From Escherichia virus TH47, in sequence record MT446416.1: a stretch of 64,000 nucleotides of DNA, one strand, 5' to 3'. Shown here piece after piece: positions 49,426 through 57,857 of the stretch. Under the pieces are notes generated by a model, which saw nothing but the letters and a program-made list of their open reading frames with translations, was not told the DNA's origin and did not search any database. Both the position numbers and the translations under genes were made by a program. Position 1 is the stretch's first letter. Every line of letters begins with the position of its first letter.

Positions 49426-49690
49426 ATTTCTCTTTATTAGCTTGTTTGGTTTTATAGTGAATGAAATCTATTAATGTAATCAAGTACAACGTCAAATAGT
49501 ACTCTTGTTGATCTGTACCTAATGATACAAAGAACTTGTGCTCATAGATTAAAACCTGTTTCTCTTCAAATGGACATTTAATCCTCTGTATAGGCTTAAG
49601 TAAATGATAGTACTTATTAAATCTATGATACATTTCTAGTTCTGTCAGTACTTTCATATTAAACACATACTCCATTAGCAGTAGCATCAC
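49415..49690 (-). CDS. family-C paralog
   Basis: Motif LGTDQQEY. Confidence 0.6.
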   Translation of the reverse strand: MMLLLMEYVFNMKVLTELEMYHRFNKYYHLLKPIQRIKCPFEEKQVLIYEHKFFVSLGTDQQEYYLTLYLITLIDFIHYKTKQANKEKYEN

Positions 49691-49880
49691 GTAAAGCTGT
49701 CAAATACTTCTGTACGGCTTGCTCTTGCTTATTTGTACCTAAAAGTATATACATCCATAATTCACTGTAATGTACATCTTGTGTATAAGGGTTGTTGTAA
49801 CTTTTTGATACTATAACATCAAATTCAGATGCATGAACCCTTGTGAACTTAAGAATATCTTTTTGTGTTATGATTCTCAT
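49659..49880 (-). CDS. family-C paralog
   Basis: Motif LGTNKQEQ. Confidence 0.65.
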   Translation of the reverse strand: MRIITQKDILKFTRVHASEFDVIVSKSYNNPYTQDVHYSELWMYILLGTNKQEQAVQKYLTALRDATANGVCV

Positions 49881-50092
49881 ATCTTTTCCTGTATAAGCTT
49901 CTTAAGAATCTCAATATGTGAATTAACAGTTCTTTATTGATGTTGTGTTCCTAAGAGTGTCAGTACTATCATCTCTGAACGCAAAAGATTTTTTTCAAGT
50001 TCACTGATATCAGTTCTTGTATCAAGTACTAAAAATTCTTGACTATTTTTTCTGAATAATGCCAAGTACTCTTGGTTTGATATTACCTTCAT
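49877..50092 (-). pseudogene. family-C copy interrupted by an in-frame TAA
   Basis: ATG at 50090-50092 (ATGA overlap with upstream stop) reads MKVISNQEYLALFRKNSQEFLVLDTRTDISELEKNLLRSEMIVLTLLGTQHQ then TAA at 49934-49936, then in frame RTVNSHIEILKKLIQEKI to TGA at 49877; neighbour has QERFVNEHIRALL at the same place. Confidence 0.55.
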
Positions 50093-50319
50093 AGTTTATC
50101 CCTGATGCCATTTAAAAGTGCTCTAATATGCTCATTGACAAAACGCTCTTGGGAATCTGTGTCTAGGGTGAGAAGCATTCTTAAATCTGAACTTTTGATA
50201 TGATATTCTAAATCATTATTTGATTCTTGCATCAGTTTCTGAAAGGATGAGAAGTTTGCTGCCATTAGTTCAATGTATTCTGCTGTTCCTAGGGGTTTGT
50301 GTATGTGCTGTCTGTGCAT
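50089..50319 (-). CDS. family-C paralog
   Basis: Motif LDTDSQER. Confidence 0.6.
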   Translation of the reverse strand: MHRQHIHKPLGTAEYIELMAANFSSFQKLMQESNNDLEYHIKSSDLRMLLTLDTDSQERFVNEHIRALLNGIRDKL

Positions 50320-50531
50320 TTTAATTGTATTACCCTTTTGAGTGTATTAATGTAATTATACACATTGGCTTCTTGATAGTTAGTTCCTAGAGTAGCTTGA
50401 ACGTAGATTTCATTTAACTTAATAATTTTATCCGTATCTGGTAGTTTTGATGTGTTAATGGCAAATAACTTCAAAAACAGTCCATTTATGATTGTTCTGT
50501 ATTCTTCTCCGGTAATGATTCGCATTTGCAT
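50289..50531 (-). CDS. family-C paralog
   Basis: Motif LGTNYQEA. Confidence 0.65.
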   Translation of the reverse strand: MQMRIITGEEYRTIINGLFLKLFAINTSKLPDTDKIIKLNEIYVQATLGTNYQEANVYNYINTLKRVIQLKCTDSTYTNP

Positions 50532-50737
50532 GTTCTCAGTACTGATTCTTTAAGTTCATTGATGTAGCACTCTACATATTCTTCTTGTAGGTTTGTTCCG
50601 ATATGTAACAGTACTCTTAAATCTGCTCTCAGTACTTCTTTGTCATCTTCATCTATATCAGACAGTGTTATGTTTAAGAATTTACTTGAACTCTCTATAA
50701 GTAATATTACTGAATCACCTTTGCTTAAAATTTTCAT
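50486..50737 (-). CDS. family-C paralog
   Basis: Motif IGTNLQEE. Confidence 0.65.
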   Translation of the reverse strand: MKILSKGDSVILLIESSSKFLNITLSDIDEDDKEVLRADLRVLLHIGTNLQEEYVECYINELKESVLRTCKCESLPEKNTEQS

Positions 50738-50945
50738 AATCTCTTTTTGCTTTCCTCGCCAAAAGGTACATATACGATTCTTCGTATTGTGCTTGGTAGT
50801 TTGTGTTTAAGAGTCGAAACAACTTCTGTTCTGCTAGAACGAGTTGCTTATCTTCATAACAACGATAGCGTATCAACTTTTTGTATTCGATGTTGATTAC
50901 ATCCATTACTATAAGCCTATGTTCATCATCAGTCAAGTGTTTCAT
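50715..50945 (-). CDS. family-C paralog
   Basis: Motif LNTNYQAQ. Confidence 0.6.
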   Translation of the reverse strand: MKHLTDDEHRLIVMDVINIEYKKLIRYRCYEDKQLVLAEQKLFRLLNTNYQAQYEESYMYLLARKAKRDYENFKQR

Positions 50946-51183
50946 GCTTTTTTCTTTTCCTGATGTTCTTAGTTAAAAGGTATATTAGTTTTCTATTGTA
51001 TTCTTCCTGATAGTTTGTTCCTAATAGTGCAAGAAGTTTTGCTTCAACTAGAGCTAATTGACGTTCTTCAAATGTGTGTTCCAGTATATACTTTGGGTTT
51101 GATTTTTTAGCGTAAGCACTATTAGTTTTCATTACAATCTTATGATATTCATTAACTGTTAGGATTTTTAAATTCTTGAGCAT
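50929..51183 (-). CDS. family-C paralog
   Basis: Motif LGTNYQEE. Confidence 0.65.
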   Translation of the reverse strand: MLKNLKILTVNEYHKIVMKTNSAYAKKSNPKYILEHTFEERQLALVEAKLLALLGTNYQEEYNRKLIYLLTKNIRKRKKHETLD

Positions 51184-51409
51184 GTATCTTTTCCTTTATA
51201 GAGAATTTAAGATATCGAAGCATACTTTCAATGTAATACTCTTGTCTGTCAGTTCCAAGAAAGTACATGAGTTGAATGTATAAAACTTCTGCACTCCTTT
51301 CGGCATGTGACTTGTTTGTGTCGTTTGGAAGTTGATTTGTAAGTTTTCTGGATTTAATTAATCGTTCTTTTAACTCATCGTCTGTTAAGTATATCATTTC
51401 ACTTTTCAT
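51152..51409 (-). CDS. family-C paralog
   Basis: Motif LGTDRQEY. Confidence 0.65.
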   Translation of the reverse strand: MKSEMIYLTDDELKERLIKSRKLTNQLPNDTNKSHAERSAEVLYIQLMYFLGTDRQEYYIESMLRYLKFSIKEKIHAQEFKNPNS

Positions 51410-51629
51410 TTACTTTTTCCTTAATACTCATTACAAGATGTTCAATCATATTTTGAACCATAAATTCTTGTTTATCAGTTCCAAGAACGTATGGTAGCTT
51501 CTGAAACAATACATTCGCAGACATTTCATATATTGATTGATTTGGAACGAACTTAAGAGTAATGTTATTGGCTTTTAACATCTTCTCTTGAAATTCTTCA
51601 TTCGTTAAGTATATCATTTCATTTTGCAT
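51399..51629 (-). CDS. family-C paralog
   Basis: Motif LGTDKQEF. Confidence 0.65.
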   Translation of the reverse strand: MQNEMIYLTNEEFQEKMLKANNITLKFVPNQSIYEMSANVLFQKLPYVLGTDKQEFMVQNMIEHLVMSIKEKVNEK

Positions 51630-51855
51630 TTACTTTTTCCTTAATAGTAATTTTGAGATATTTAATTATACGTTCAATGTGATACTCTTGTCTATCAGTT
51701 CCCAGAAGATATGGTAGTGATTGGAATAAAACTTCTGCACTCCTTTCTGCTGGGGTTTGGTTTGTGTTGTGAGGAAGTTTATTTGTAAGTCTTTTGGATT
51801 TAGATAGTCTTTCTGATAACTCATCATGTGTTAAGTATATCATTTCCTTTTGCAT
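51619..51855 (-). CDS. family-C paralog
   Basis: Motif LGTDRQEY. Confidence 0.65.
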   Translation of the reverse strand: MQKEMIYLTHDELSERLSKSKRLTNKLPHNTNQTPAERSAEVLFQSLPYLLGTDRQEYHIERIIKYLKITIKEKVNAK

Positions 51856-52083
51856 TTACATTCTCTCATGTGCATTTTGGGTTAAAAGATCAATCCAGAT
51901 TTCCACATATCGTTGTTGGTGTTGCGTCCCTAACAGTACACCTAACTTGGCTTCGGACTCTAATATCATTCTGGTTTTGAACGGTAGACTTTGAAATCCT
52001 ATTGTAGCATCTAATTTGGTAATTGCATATTTGATTCGGATGAATCTTTCTTGTAATGTGATGTTGATCATTTCACAGTACAC
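51856..52083 (-). CDS. family-C paralog
   Basis: Motif LGTQHQQR. Confidence 0.65.
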   Translation of the reverse strand: MYCEMINITLQERFIRIKYAITKLDATIGFQSLPFKTRMILESEAKLGVLLGTQHQQRYVEIWIDLLTQNAHERM

Positions 52084-52346
52084 CTTAGTGGTTGGGTCAT
52101 TTGATAAAAGTACAGCTTACCTTTGATTTCCATTAGTAATTCATTTAATACGCGTTGGACCTCTGGTTCTTGATAGTTTGTCCCTAACAATGCACCCATC
52201 TTTAGCTCACGATACATAATCATCTTCTTACGGTGTTGAATTTCTGGGTTGTGATAGATTTCATTTCGTTTAGTTGAGATTTTAGCCATGCGTTCATGAT
52301 ATTCATCTGAATTTAAATTAATCATTTTTATTCTCCAAAGCATCAC
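52068..52346 (-). CDS. family-C paralog
   Basis: Motif LGTNYQEP. Confidence 0.65.
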   Translation of the reverse strand: MMLWRIKMINLNSDEYHERMAKISTKRNEIYHNPEIQHRKKMIMYRELKMGALLGTNYQEPEVQRVLNELLMEIKGKLYFYQMTQPLRCTVK

Positions 52347-52563
52347 ATTTATTTTCGATACAATTCATGAGTTCTCTAAGATAGTTTTTTACCTTACCTG
52401 ACTGATAGTTCGTCCCTAGGAAGTTGCACAACACGGCTTCTATGATTTTGATTTTCCTGATATCAGGCTTCAATTTTTTGTTATTGAAGATTTGAATCCT
52501 TATATCTCTGGATGCATTTAAACGTTTTTGATATTCATGGTAAGTTAAATTAATCATTTTCAT
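52318..52563 (-). CDS. family-C paralog
   Basis: Motif LGTNYQSG. Confidence 0.65.
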   Translation of the reverse strand: MKMINLTYHEYQKRLNASRDIRIQIFNNKKLKPDIRKIKIIEAVLCNFLGTNYQSGKVKNYLRELMNCIENKCDALENKND

Positions 52564-52778
52564 TTACGTTTAACCTCTCGCTGGAGGGCATCAATTAACA
52601 TCAGTACAGCATTCTCTTGATAGTTTGTTCCTAAGAATGAAAGCATCTTTATATCAGACACTAAAATCAACTTCTTTGAGCGTTCAATAATGTTACTATT
52701 ATAAACGGCGTTACGTGCTGGATAAGTTTTTGCAAGACGAACATAATATTCATCTTTACTTAAATTAATCATTTGCAT
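52560..52778 (-). CDS. family-C paralog
   Basis: Motif LGTNYQEN. Confidence 0.65.
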   Translation of the reverse strand: MQMINLSKDEYYVRLAKTYPARNAVYNSNIIERSKKLILVSDIKMLSFLGTNYQENAVLMLIDALQREVKRK

Positions 52779-52987
52779 TTACTTTTAACCTCTTTAATTA
52801 GTGCATCAACCCATAGGTCTACATACATTTGTTGATAGTTTGTCCCCAATAGTGCACCTACATAGAGTTCAGCTTTCATTGCGTGCTTTAGGTCAATAGG
52901 GATGCTCTTATCGTTTGATATCATTCTCCTTCTGCTGCCACATGTTTTCAGAAGCTTAACATATTCGTAACCTATTAATTTTCTCAT
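52769..52987 (-). CDS. family-C paralog
   Basis: Motif LGTNYQQM. Confidence 0.65.
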   Translation of the reverse strand: MRKLIGYEYVKLLKTCGSRRRMISNDKSIPIDLKHAMKAELYVGALLGTNYQQMYVDLWVDALIKEVKSKCK

Positions 52988-53199
52988 TCTTTTGATATCA
53001 CCTTGTTGCGTAAGGCACTTAACAATACGTCAGTGTAGATGTTTTGATAGTTTGTTCCTACGAATACACCCAACTTCATTTCAGCTATTATAACACATTT
53101 GTCCTCTTGTGCAATAGACTTGTCTAAAGAAATACTAACAACTTTCCTTCTTATAGCTTGTAACCTCCAATGATACTGATACTCATTTAGGGTTATCAT
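52984..53199 (-). CDS. family-C paralog
   Basis: Motif VGTNYQNI. Confidence 0.65.
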   Translation of the reverse strand: MITLNEYQYHWRLQAIRRKVVSISLDKSIAQEDKCVIIAEMKLGVFVGTNYQNIYTDVLLSALRNKVISKE

Positions 53200-53434
53200 T
53201 CTCTCGTCTCCATATCTCGGTTCTAATGTGTTGGCATTGTGCTTCGATGAACATATCTATTGATTTGGCAATTGCTTTTTTATCAGTGCCTGTCATCAGT
53301 ACAAGCATCTCGGCCTCACAGTGAAGTAAACGCATGATATCATAGGGTAATATTTCAGATACCGTGTCATAGTGTTTCTGTGCCAGTGTCTGCAATAGTT
53401 TACAATACATTTTGTGGTTCATTCTTTGTCGCAT
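53183..53434 (-). CDS. family-C paralog (divergent)
   Basis: Motif TGTDKKAI. Confidence 0.55.
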   Translation of the reverse strand: MRQRMNHKMYCKLLQTLAQKHYDTVSEILPYDIMRLLHCEAEMLVLMTGTDKKAIAKSIDMFIEAQCQHIRTEIWRRENDNPK

Positions 53435-53691
53435 TGTTTATTCCATTCTTTTTTGGCCTTGGTGGTTTTATATTGGATTTGGTTTCTTAATGCTGATAAG
53501 TATCGTTGAATGAACAGATCTTGATAGTTTGTCCCAATGAATTTCATAAGATAAACATCACCGTTGATAACATCCACTTCAGGTACACCATGTAATGCAT
53601 TGTTATTTCTAAGGGTTCTAATAAGAGAGAACAGGGCAGTTTGATACTCAACTCCTGATAAAATCTTCATATTTTGCGTGGATGTATTCAT
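53419..53691 (-). CDS. family-C paralog
   Basis: Motif IGTNYQDL. Confidence 0.65.
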   Translation of the reverse strand: MNTSTQNMKILSGVEYQTALFSLIRTLRNNNALHGVPEVDVINGDVYLMKFIGTNYQDLFIQRYLSALRNQIQYKTTKAKKEWNKQCDKE

Positions 53692-53905
53692 CTAGTTTAT
53701 CCTGTATAACATTCGTTAATTGATCGATATATTCTGTGCAAAACTTATCTTGATATTGAGTCCCCATAAAGTACAGCAACCATAGCTCATCAACTTTAGC
53801 TCGCATTTGGTTCCATGTAAGGGTGGGGTCATCGTAGACTATCCTTGCGACTGGGGTTAGTTTACGAACTATAGTTTCATATTCATCTTGTGTTAAGCGT
53901 CTCAT
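53648..53905 (-). CDS. family-C paralog
   Basis: Motif MGTQYQDK. Confidence 0.65.
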   Translation of the reverse strand: MRRLTQDEYETIVRKLTPVARIVYDDPTLTWNQMRAKVDELWLLYFMGTQYQDKFCTEYIDQLTNVIQDKLDEYIHAKYEDFIRS

Positions 53906-54126
53906 TTACCTAAATCCCTGACATGACATTTTAAGGCCGTGATGTGGTTGTCTACCATAACCTCCTGATAGTTTGTCCCTACAAATGGTATTAATGTTGA
54001 GTCTGTTAGTATAACATACTTTTCATTGGATGTTAGTGATTCATCATCGTAAACTTGAAGTCTAAAGTTCTTCCCTTGTTCTAATCGTTTAAGATATTCT
54101 TGAGTGTTTATGTCTTTCATTTGCAT
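53902..54126 (-). CDS. family-C paralog
   Basis: Motif VGTNYQEV. Confidence 0.65.
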   Translation of the reverse strand: MQMKDINTQEYLKRLEQGKNFRLQVYDDESLTSNEKYVILTDSTLIPFVGTNYQEVMVDNHITALKCHVRDLGK

Positions 54127-54335
54127 TTGTCCATAATGTATTTCTTGAGTGCAACTATGTGCTCATGGACATAACTTTCCTGATAGTTTGTCCCCAGTAC
54201 AGCCATCATGCGTACATCGGTGGTGTTTATCTTGTGTTCAAATCGTGTTAAGCCTTTTTTTTGTAAAAGGGTATCGTATTTGTTTAATGCATCAATGATA
54301 ATTCTCATCTTCTCTATATTACTTAAATGTTTCAT
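54117..54335 (-). CDS. family-C paralog
   Basis: Motif LGTNYQES. Confidence 0.65.
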   Translation of the reverse strand: MKHLSNIEKMRIIIDALNKYDTLLQKKGLTRFEHKINTTDVRMMAVLGTNYQESYVHEHIVALKKYIMDKCK

Positions 54336-54547
54336 ATTTTGTTTCTATGGTGCTCCATGAGTGTTTCTGTGTAGTTCTTCATGAATTTATCTTGAAACTG
54401 TGTCCCGATGAATTGTAAGACCCATAGTGCATATATTCGTTCTTCCTTGTCCACCAAAGATAAATGTATATTATTATAAATCCTTTGTTCTTTATCTAGG
54501 GTAGACAGTACACGAGCCTCGTATTCACCTTGTGTTATTTTAATCAT
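54332..54547 (-). CDS. family-C paralog
   Basis: Motif IGTQFQDK. Confidence 0.65.
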   Translation of the reverse strand: MIKITQGEYEARVLSTLDKEQRIYNNIHLSLVDKEERIYALWVLQFIGTQFQDKFMKNYTETLMEHHRNKI

Positions 54548-54759
54548 AGTTTGCTCTTAATGTATTTCTTGAGTGCATTTATATACACATTCAAGAAATG
54601 CTCCTGATAGTCTGTTCCCAAGAATGCACCCAATAGTATATCATTTTCCAATACCTCGGCTAAGTTTAAATCAGAAGTCTCTTCATATACTATGAGGATT
54701 TCAAGTTGTCTGGCAGCAACGCGTTCGGTATATTGATGTGAGTTTGTAATGATATTCAT
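54544..54759 (-). CDS. family-C paralog
   Basis: Motif LGTDYQEH. Confidence 0.65.
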   Translation of the reverse strand: MNIITNSHQYTERVAARQLEILIVYEETSDLNLAEVLENDILLGAFLGTDYQEHFLNVYINALKKYIKSKL

Positions 54760-54967
54760 AGTTTACTCTTAATGTGGTTCTTGAGTGCAAATAAGTATTC
54801 CCCTACATAATACTCCTGAAAGTCTGTATCCAAAAATGCACCCATGAGTAAATCCTTCTCCATTGCCCTTGATAAGTTAAGGTCTACGCTTGAAAGGTAT
54901 ATCAGTAAGATTTCAGCCTGTGCCGAATTGAAACGTATCTTATATTCTTCTGGTGTTAAAAAATCAT
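54756..54967 (-). pseudogene. family-C copy with frameshift in a T6 homopolymer
   Basis: ATG at 54965-54967 reads ATG ATT TTT TAA; shifting one base gives an open family-C frame ...DFLTPEEYKIRF...AFLDTDFQEYYVGEYLFALKNHIKSKL to TGA at 54756; a seventh T would restore MIFLTPEEY. Confidence 0.55.
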
Positions 54968-55170
54968 AGTTTACTCTTTATATCTTTTATTAAATGTAAA
55001 ATCCAATCATTAACAAAACTTTCTTGGAAGTTGGTTCCCAGTCCAGCCATCATCCACCACTCCGATAGAATAAACTTTTTTTCATCCCTAGATAACTCAT
55101 CTGGTATATATATATTCTTTCTATATTCGATCATAAGATTATATAGTTGAAATTGTGTGATAATTTTCAT
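54964..55170 (-). CDS. family-C paralog
   Basis: Motif LGTNFQES. Confidence 0.65.
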   Translation of the reverse strand: MKIITQFQLYNLMIEYRKNIYIPDELSRDEKKFILSEWWMMAGLGTNFQESFVNDWILHLIKDIKSKL

Positions 55171-55364
55171 AGTTTACCCGTTATATCTTCAATTAAATAT
55201 GAAATCCAATCCTTGACATACCTTTCCTGAAAGTTAGTTCCAATGAATAGTGCCATAACCAATTCACGCTTATAGGCCATACCACGTTCATGTGACTTAT
55301 ACATTATCATAGCCATGTTATTGATAAGTCTTTCGTGATGTTCTGCTTGAGTTAAAATACGCAT
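55167..55364 (-). CDS. family-C paralog (first gene of array)
   Basis: Motif IGTNFQER; GGAG SD upstream. Confidence 0.65.
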   Translation of the reverse strand: MRILTQAEHHERLINNMAMIMYKSHERGMAYKRELVMALFIGTNFQERYVKDWISYLIEDITGKL

Positions 55365-55394
55365 AGGGACTCCATTAAAAATAATATCAATCCT

Positions 55395-55422
55395 ATAATA
55401 TACGATTCGTATAAAAAGTCAA
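55395..55422 (-). promoter_or_regulatory. candidate promoter TTGACT-16-TATTAT upstream of the family-C array
   Basis: Minus-strand TTGACT ... TATTAT about 30 nt upstream of the 55364 start. Confidence 0.35.
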
Positions 55423-55613
55423 TAACATTTTATTAGTAATACCCCTTTATCGAAGTCGCTAAGGTTACCCGCAGTTTAGCCCCCTACGCATTTTGCCATA
55501 GTCCAATCCCTTTTTATTCATAAAAGTCAAGGGATTACCTATGCATTTTTTTAACGCTGAAGTTTAAAAATGCCTTGACTTTTTTATGATTCAGTACTAA
55601 ATCCTTTTACGCA

Positions 55614-55823
55614 TTAATCCTTCGTTACGCTTACGATTATCTGTGTATCCCCATAGTCCTGCCATACTTCCACGCCAGCCGCCGACCTGGTTAGTCGTGC
55701 TGTCATCTGCTTAATGGTCTTAGGCTTTAGTGGAACCTGTTGCAGTACTGTACGCATGGCACTATCGACGTTATCATGTACGCCTGCAATAGTACCTAGA
55801 ACGCTGTATACTGTATAGATCAT
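55614..55823 (-). CDS. hypothetical protein
   Basis: ORF with AGGAG SD; higher GC than the arrays. Confidence 0.5.
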   Translation of the reverse strand: MIYTVYSVLGTIAGVHDNVDSAMRTVLQQVPLKPKTIKQMTARLTRSAAGVEVWQDYGDTQIIVSVTKD

Positions 55824-55847
55824 GTGTATGTACTCCTGATATAGTTA

Positions 55848-55867
55848 AGGCCGCTACAAGGCGGCCT
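55848..55867 (-). other. GC-rich stem-loop (AGGCCGC/GCGGCCT) after 55892..56293, no U-tract
   Basis: Perfect 7-bp stem, 6-nt loop; possible attenuator or RNA-stability element. Confidence 0.35.
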
Positions 55868-55891
55868 ATGATGTTTGATGATGTGTAACGC

Positions 55892-56293
55892 TTACAACCC
55901 TAAGATAGTACGTGCTTCGTTACGTTCCTTAGTTTGCTGCATGATGTAAGCTAACTGGTCCTTGCTAATGTATCCCTTGTCCATAGCTTCACGGATAGAT
56001 ACATCATAAGCACCGAACCCCGTGCGAACGATACGCACATCATTCAGGTTAGTGTTATATATACCGCCGAGATCAACGGATTCGAATACTGCATCAACTG
56101 TATATTCGTTGTTACCGTCATTGAAGTTTTCAATCTCAATATTACGGGACACGGCCCAACGTTTACAGCTACCGATAATGCGGCAATATTCCGGTTGCAT
56201 ATGACCATTACTTACAGCGTGCTCAAGGCCAGCTTTACCAAAAGTCCGGGCCAGTACTAAAACGTCAGCGTAAGAAGTGATAGTGAAAGTCAT
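55892..56293 (-). CDS. hypothetical protein, 133 aa (start trimmed)
   Basis: Track ORF runs through the promoter and hairpin; ATG at 56291-56293 (MTFTITSY) has AAGGAG 7 nt upstream. Confidence 0.55.
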   Translation of the reverse strand: MTFTITSYADVLVLARTFGKAGLEHAVSNGHMQPEYCRIIGSCKRWAVSRNIEIENFNDGNNEYTVDAVFESVDLGGIYNTNLNDVRIVRTGFGAYDVSIREAMDKGYISKDQLAYIMQQTKERNEARTILGL

Positions 56294-56347
56294 GATGATA
56301 CTCCTTAAGTTAGGAGGGAGAACCATTTCCCCCTCTCTATGTAAAAC

Positions 56348-56375
56348 ATTATACATGAATCTAAGTACTATGCAA
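56348..56375 (-). promoter_or_regulatory. sigma70-like promoter TTGCAT-16-TATAAT with AGTACT boxes and 5' UTR hairpin
   Basis: Minus strand AGTACT-TTGCAT-AGTACT...TATAAT; hairpin GAGGGGGAA/TTCTCCCTC at 56313-56338 lies between -10 and SD. Confidence 0.55.
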
Positions 56376-56382
56376 GTACTTT

Positions 56383-56715
56383 TTACATTTTAATACCTGG
56401 ATTCAGGTAGCGGTGAGATCCATACTCTGGGTAGGTTTCAGTCCAGTACTGTAAATCTATAGTACCTTTAGCGTTAATCTTGTCTACCAGCTTATTCATC
56501 TTAGCGTATACTACATTAGCATCGATGCGTTTAAAGCCAGTGGCTTTAGTGAAGTAGTAGTGATTTGCTTCACTATCATTAAGGATATACCGAGCACCGT
56601 TTGCCGTTTGTGCAATAATGATTGAGTATTCTACTTCCCGATCCAGTCCGTCAATGAATACAGATGAAACATTAGTACGGATGAAAGCGTTTACGATAGC
56701 GATTGAAGTACTCAT
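56383..56715 (-). CDS. hypothetical protein
   Basis: ORF with GGAG SD. Confidence 0.55.
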   Translation of the reverse strand: MSTSIAIVNAFIRTNVSSVFIDGLDREVEYSIIIAQTANGARYILNDSEANHYYFTKATGFKRIDANVVYAKMNKLVDKINAKGTIDLQYWTETYPEYGSHRYLNPGIKM

Positions 56716-56768
56716 TTTGAATCTCCTAACTTTGTGGGCCGTCGCACCATTGCCGCCCTACGAGATAC

Positions 56769-56797
56769 ATTATTGCAGTACTGCTATACTTTGTCAA
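56769..56797 (-). promoter_or_regulatory. promoter TTGACA-17-AATAAT
   Basis: Perfect -35, weaker -10; AGTACT in the spacer. Confidence 0.4.
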
Positions 56798-56960
56798 TAG
56801 TTTTTTATTAATAGTTTTAGTACTGGCAGTACATCCACCAGCAGATAGTTACTCACCGTTATTAACTATATATTTTAGATACACCTATGCACCCGGTGGG
56901 CTAGTTTTTGTCTATGCGTATATAATAGCAAAGGGACTTACCGGAGTCAATCCCTTTTTT
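56790..56960. repeat. intergenic repeat module, copy 1
   Basis: Shares ...atgcacccggtgggct...gcgtatataatagcaaagggacttaccggagtcaatccctttttt with copies near 58.0 and 60.7 kb. Confidence 0.55.
56922..56950 (-). promoter_or_regulatory. upstream tandem promoter P1, TTGACT-17-TATTAT, inside repeat module
   Basis: Minus strand TTGACT-ccggtaagtccctttgc-TATTAT, conserved in all three long repeat copies. Confidence 0.45.
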
Positions 56961-56967
56961 ATTCTTT

Positions 56968-57225
56968 TTATGAAATATCTTCGATGTAGTCGGCCCATTT
57001 CATTTTTTCAGTACTGTCAATGGCTACCGGATTATTTGGATCAAACCATTCACCATTACCGCAATACATACCCACGGCTACGGTTTTATAGCCATCCTGT
57101 GCCGTATTCCATGACATTGCACGATAGATATGGCCTTTAATTGGTGTTAGTACTGGTAACGTTTTATGGTCTTCTACGTAGGCCATAGCTTGAGGATTTA
57201 CCCGATATTGTGTGAACTGTTCCAT
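56968..57225 (-). CDS. hypothetical protein
   Basis: ORF with AAGGGGAAA SD. Confidence 0.55.
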   Translation of the reverse strand: MEQFTQYRVNPQAMAYVEDHKTLPVLTPIKGHIYRAMSWNTAQDGYKTVAVGMYCGNGEWFDPNNPVAIDSTEKMKWADYIEDIS

Positions 57226-57253
57226 TATGTTTCCCCTTGTAGTTAGTAAAGTT

Positions 57254-57282
57254 ATTACATCAGTACTATCAAGCTATGTCAA
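57254..57282 (-). promoter_or_regulatory. promoter AGTACT-a-TTGACA-N17-TGTAAT
   Basis: Perfect -35 flanked by AGTACT, second AGTACT in spacer. Confidence 0.45.
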
Positions 57283-57301
57283 TAGTACTGAAATAAAACT
57301 T

Positions 57302-57526
57302 TTAGATTAGATTATTGATACCTTCGATGGTAGACTCGCTTTCTTCTTTCTCCCATTGTCGGTAGTACTTCCATGTTTCATGATATGTGGCGATTAGTTC
57401 ATCTTTTTGATCCTGGTTACATGCCAGTACTGAATCACGGTGAGCGGTGTTATAGATAGAATCGAATGATTTCTTCTCTTCTGCCAGGTTAGCTACTTCC
57501 CGCATCAGTTCATCAAAGTTAGCCAT
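57302..57526 (-). CDS. hypothetical protein
   Basis: ORF with AAGGAG SD. Confidence 0.55.
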   Translation of the reverse strand: MANFDELMREVANLAEEKKSFDSIYNTAHRDSVLACNQDQKDELIATYHETWKYYRQWEKEESESTIEGINNLI

Positions 57527-57573
57527 TTTAATACTCCTTTTAGTGGGGGAGGATATCTCCCCCTATGCAAAAC

Positions 57574-57601
57574 ATTATACGCTTTATTCAGTACTATGCA
57601 A
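57574..57601 (-). promoter_or_regulatory. promoter TTGCAT-16-TATAAT with AGTACT boxes and 5' UTR hairpin
   Basis: Hairpin GGGGGAG/CTCCCCC at 57545-57563 between -10 and SD. Confidence 0.55.
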
Positions 57602-57857
57602 GTACTTTTTTCATATAAACATTAAATTCTACACCGCCGTAACCTTCCACGATGATATGTTTTGCGTTATCACGCTTGCACATAGTGAAACCGTTGTTGA
57701 TATGTTCTGCATTTTCCAGGGCTACATCACCGATAGCGGCACATACAGCACTAATAACAGTATTCCGCAAAGTACTGGTATCATTAGCGGTCATAGTAGT
57801 TTGCAGTACTACGTTGTCATATACGTGTGCATTGATAGTGATTTCAATAGCGTTCAT
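57594..57857 (-). CDS. hypothetical protein, 87 aa (start trimmed)
   Basis: Track ORF includes the UTR hairpin; ATG at 57855-57857 (MNAIEITINA) follows AGGAG. Confidence 0.55.
   Translation of the reverse strand: MNAIEITINAHVYDNVVLQTTMTANDTSTLRNTVISAVCAAIGDVALENAEHINNGFTMCKRDNAKHIIVEGYGGVEFNVYMKKVLA

Noticed and set aside
21537-55364. The regularly spaced repeats as a CRISPR array
   Set aside because: The repeating units are 200-600 bp protein-coding paralogs with divergent sequence, not short identical direct repeats separated by unique spacers.
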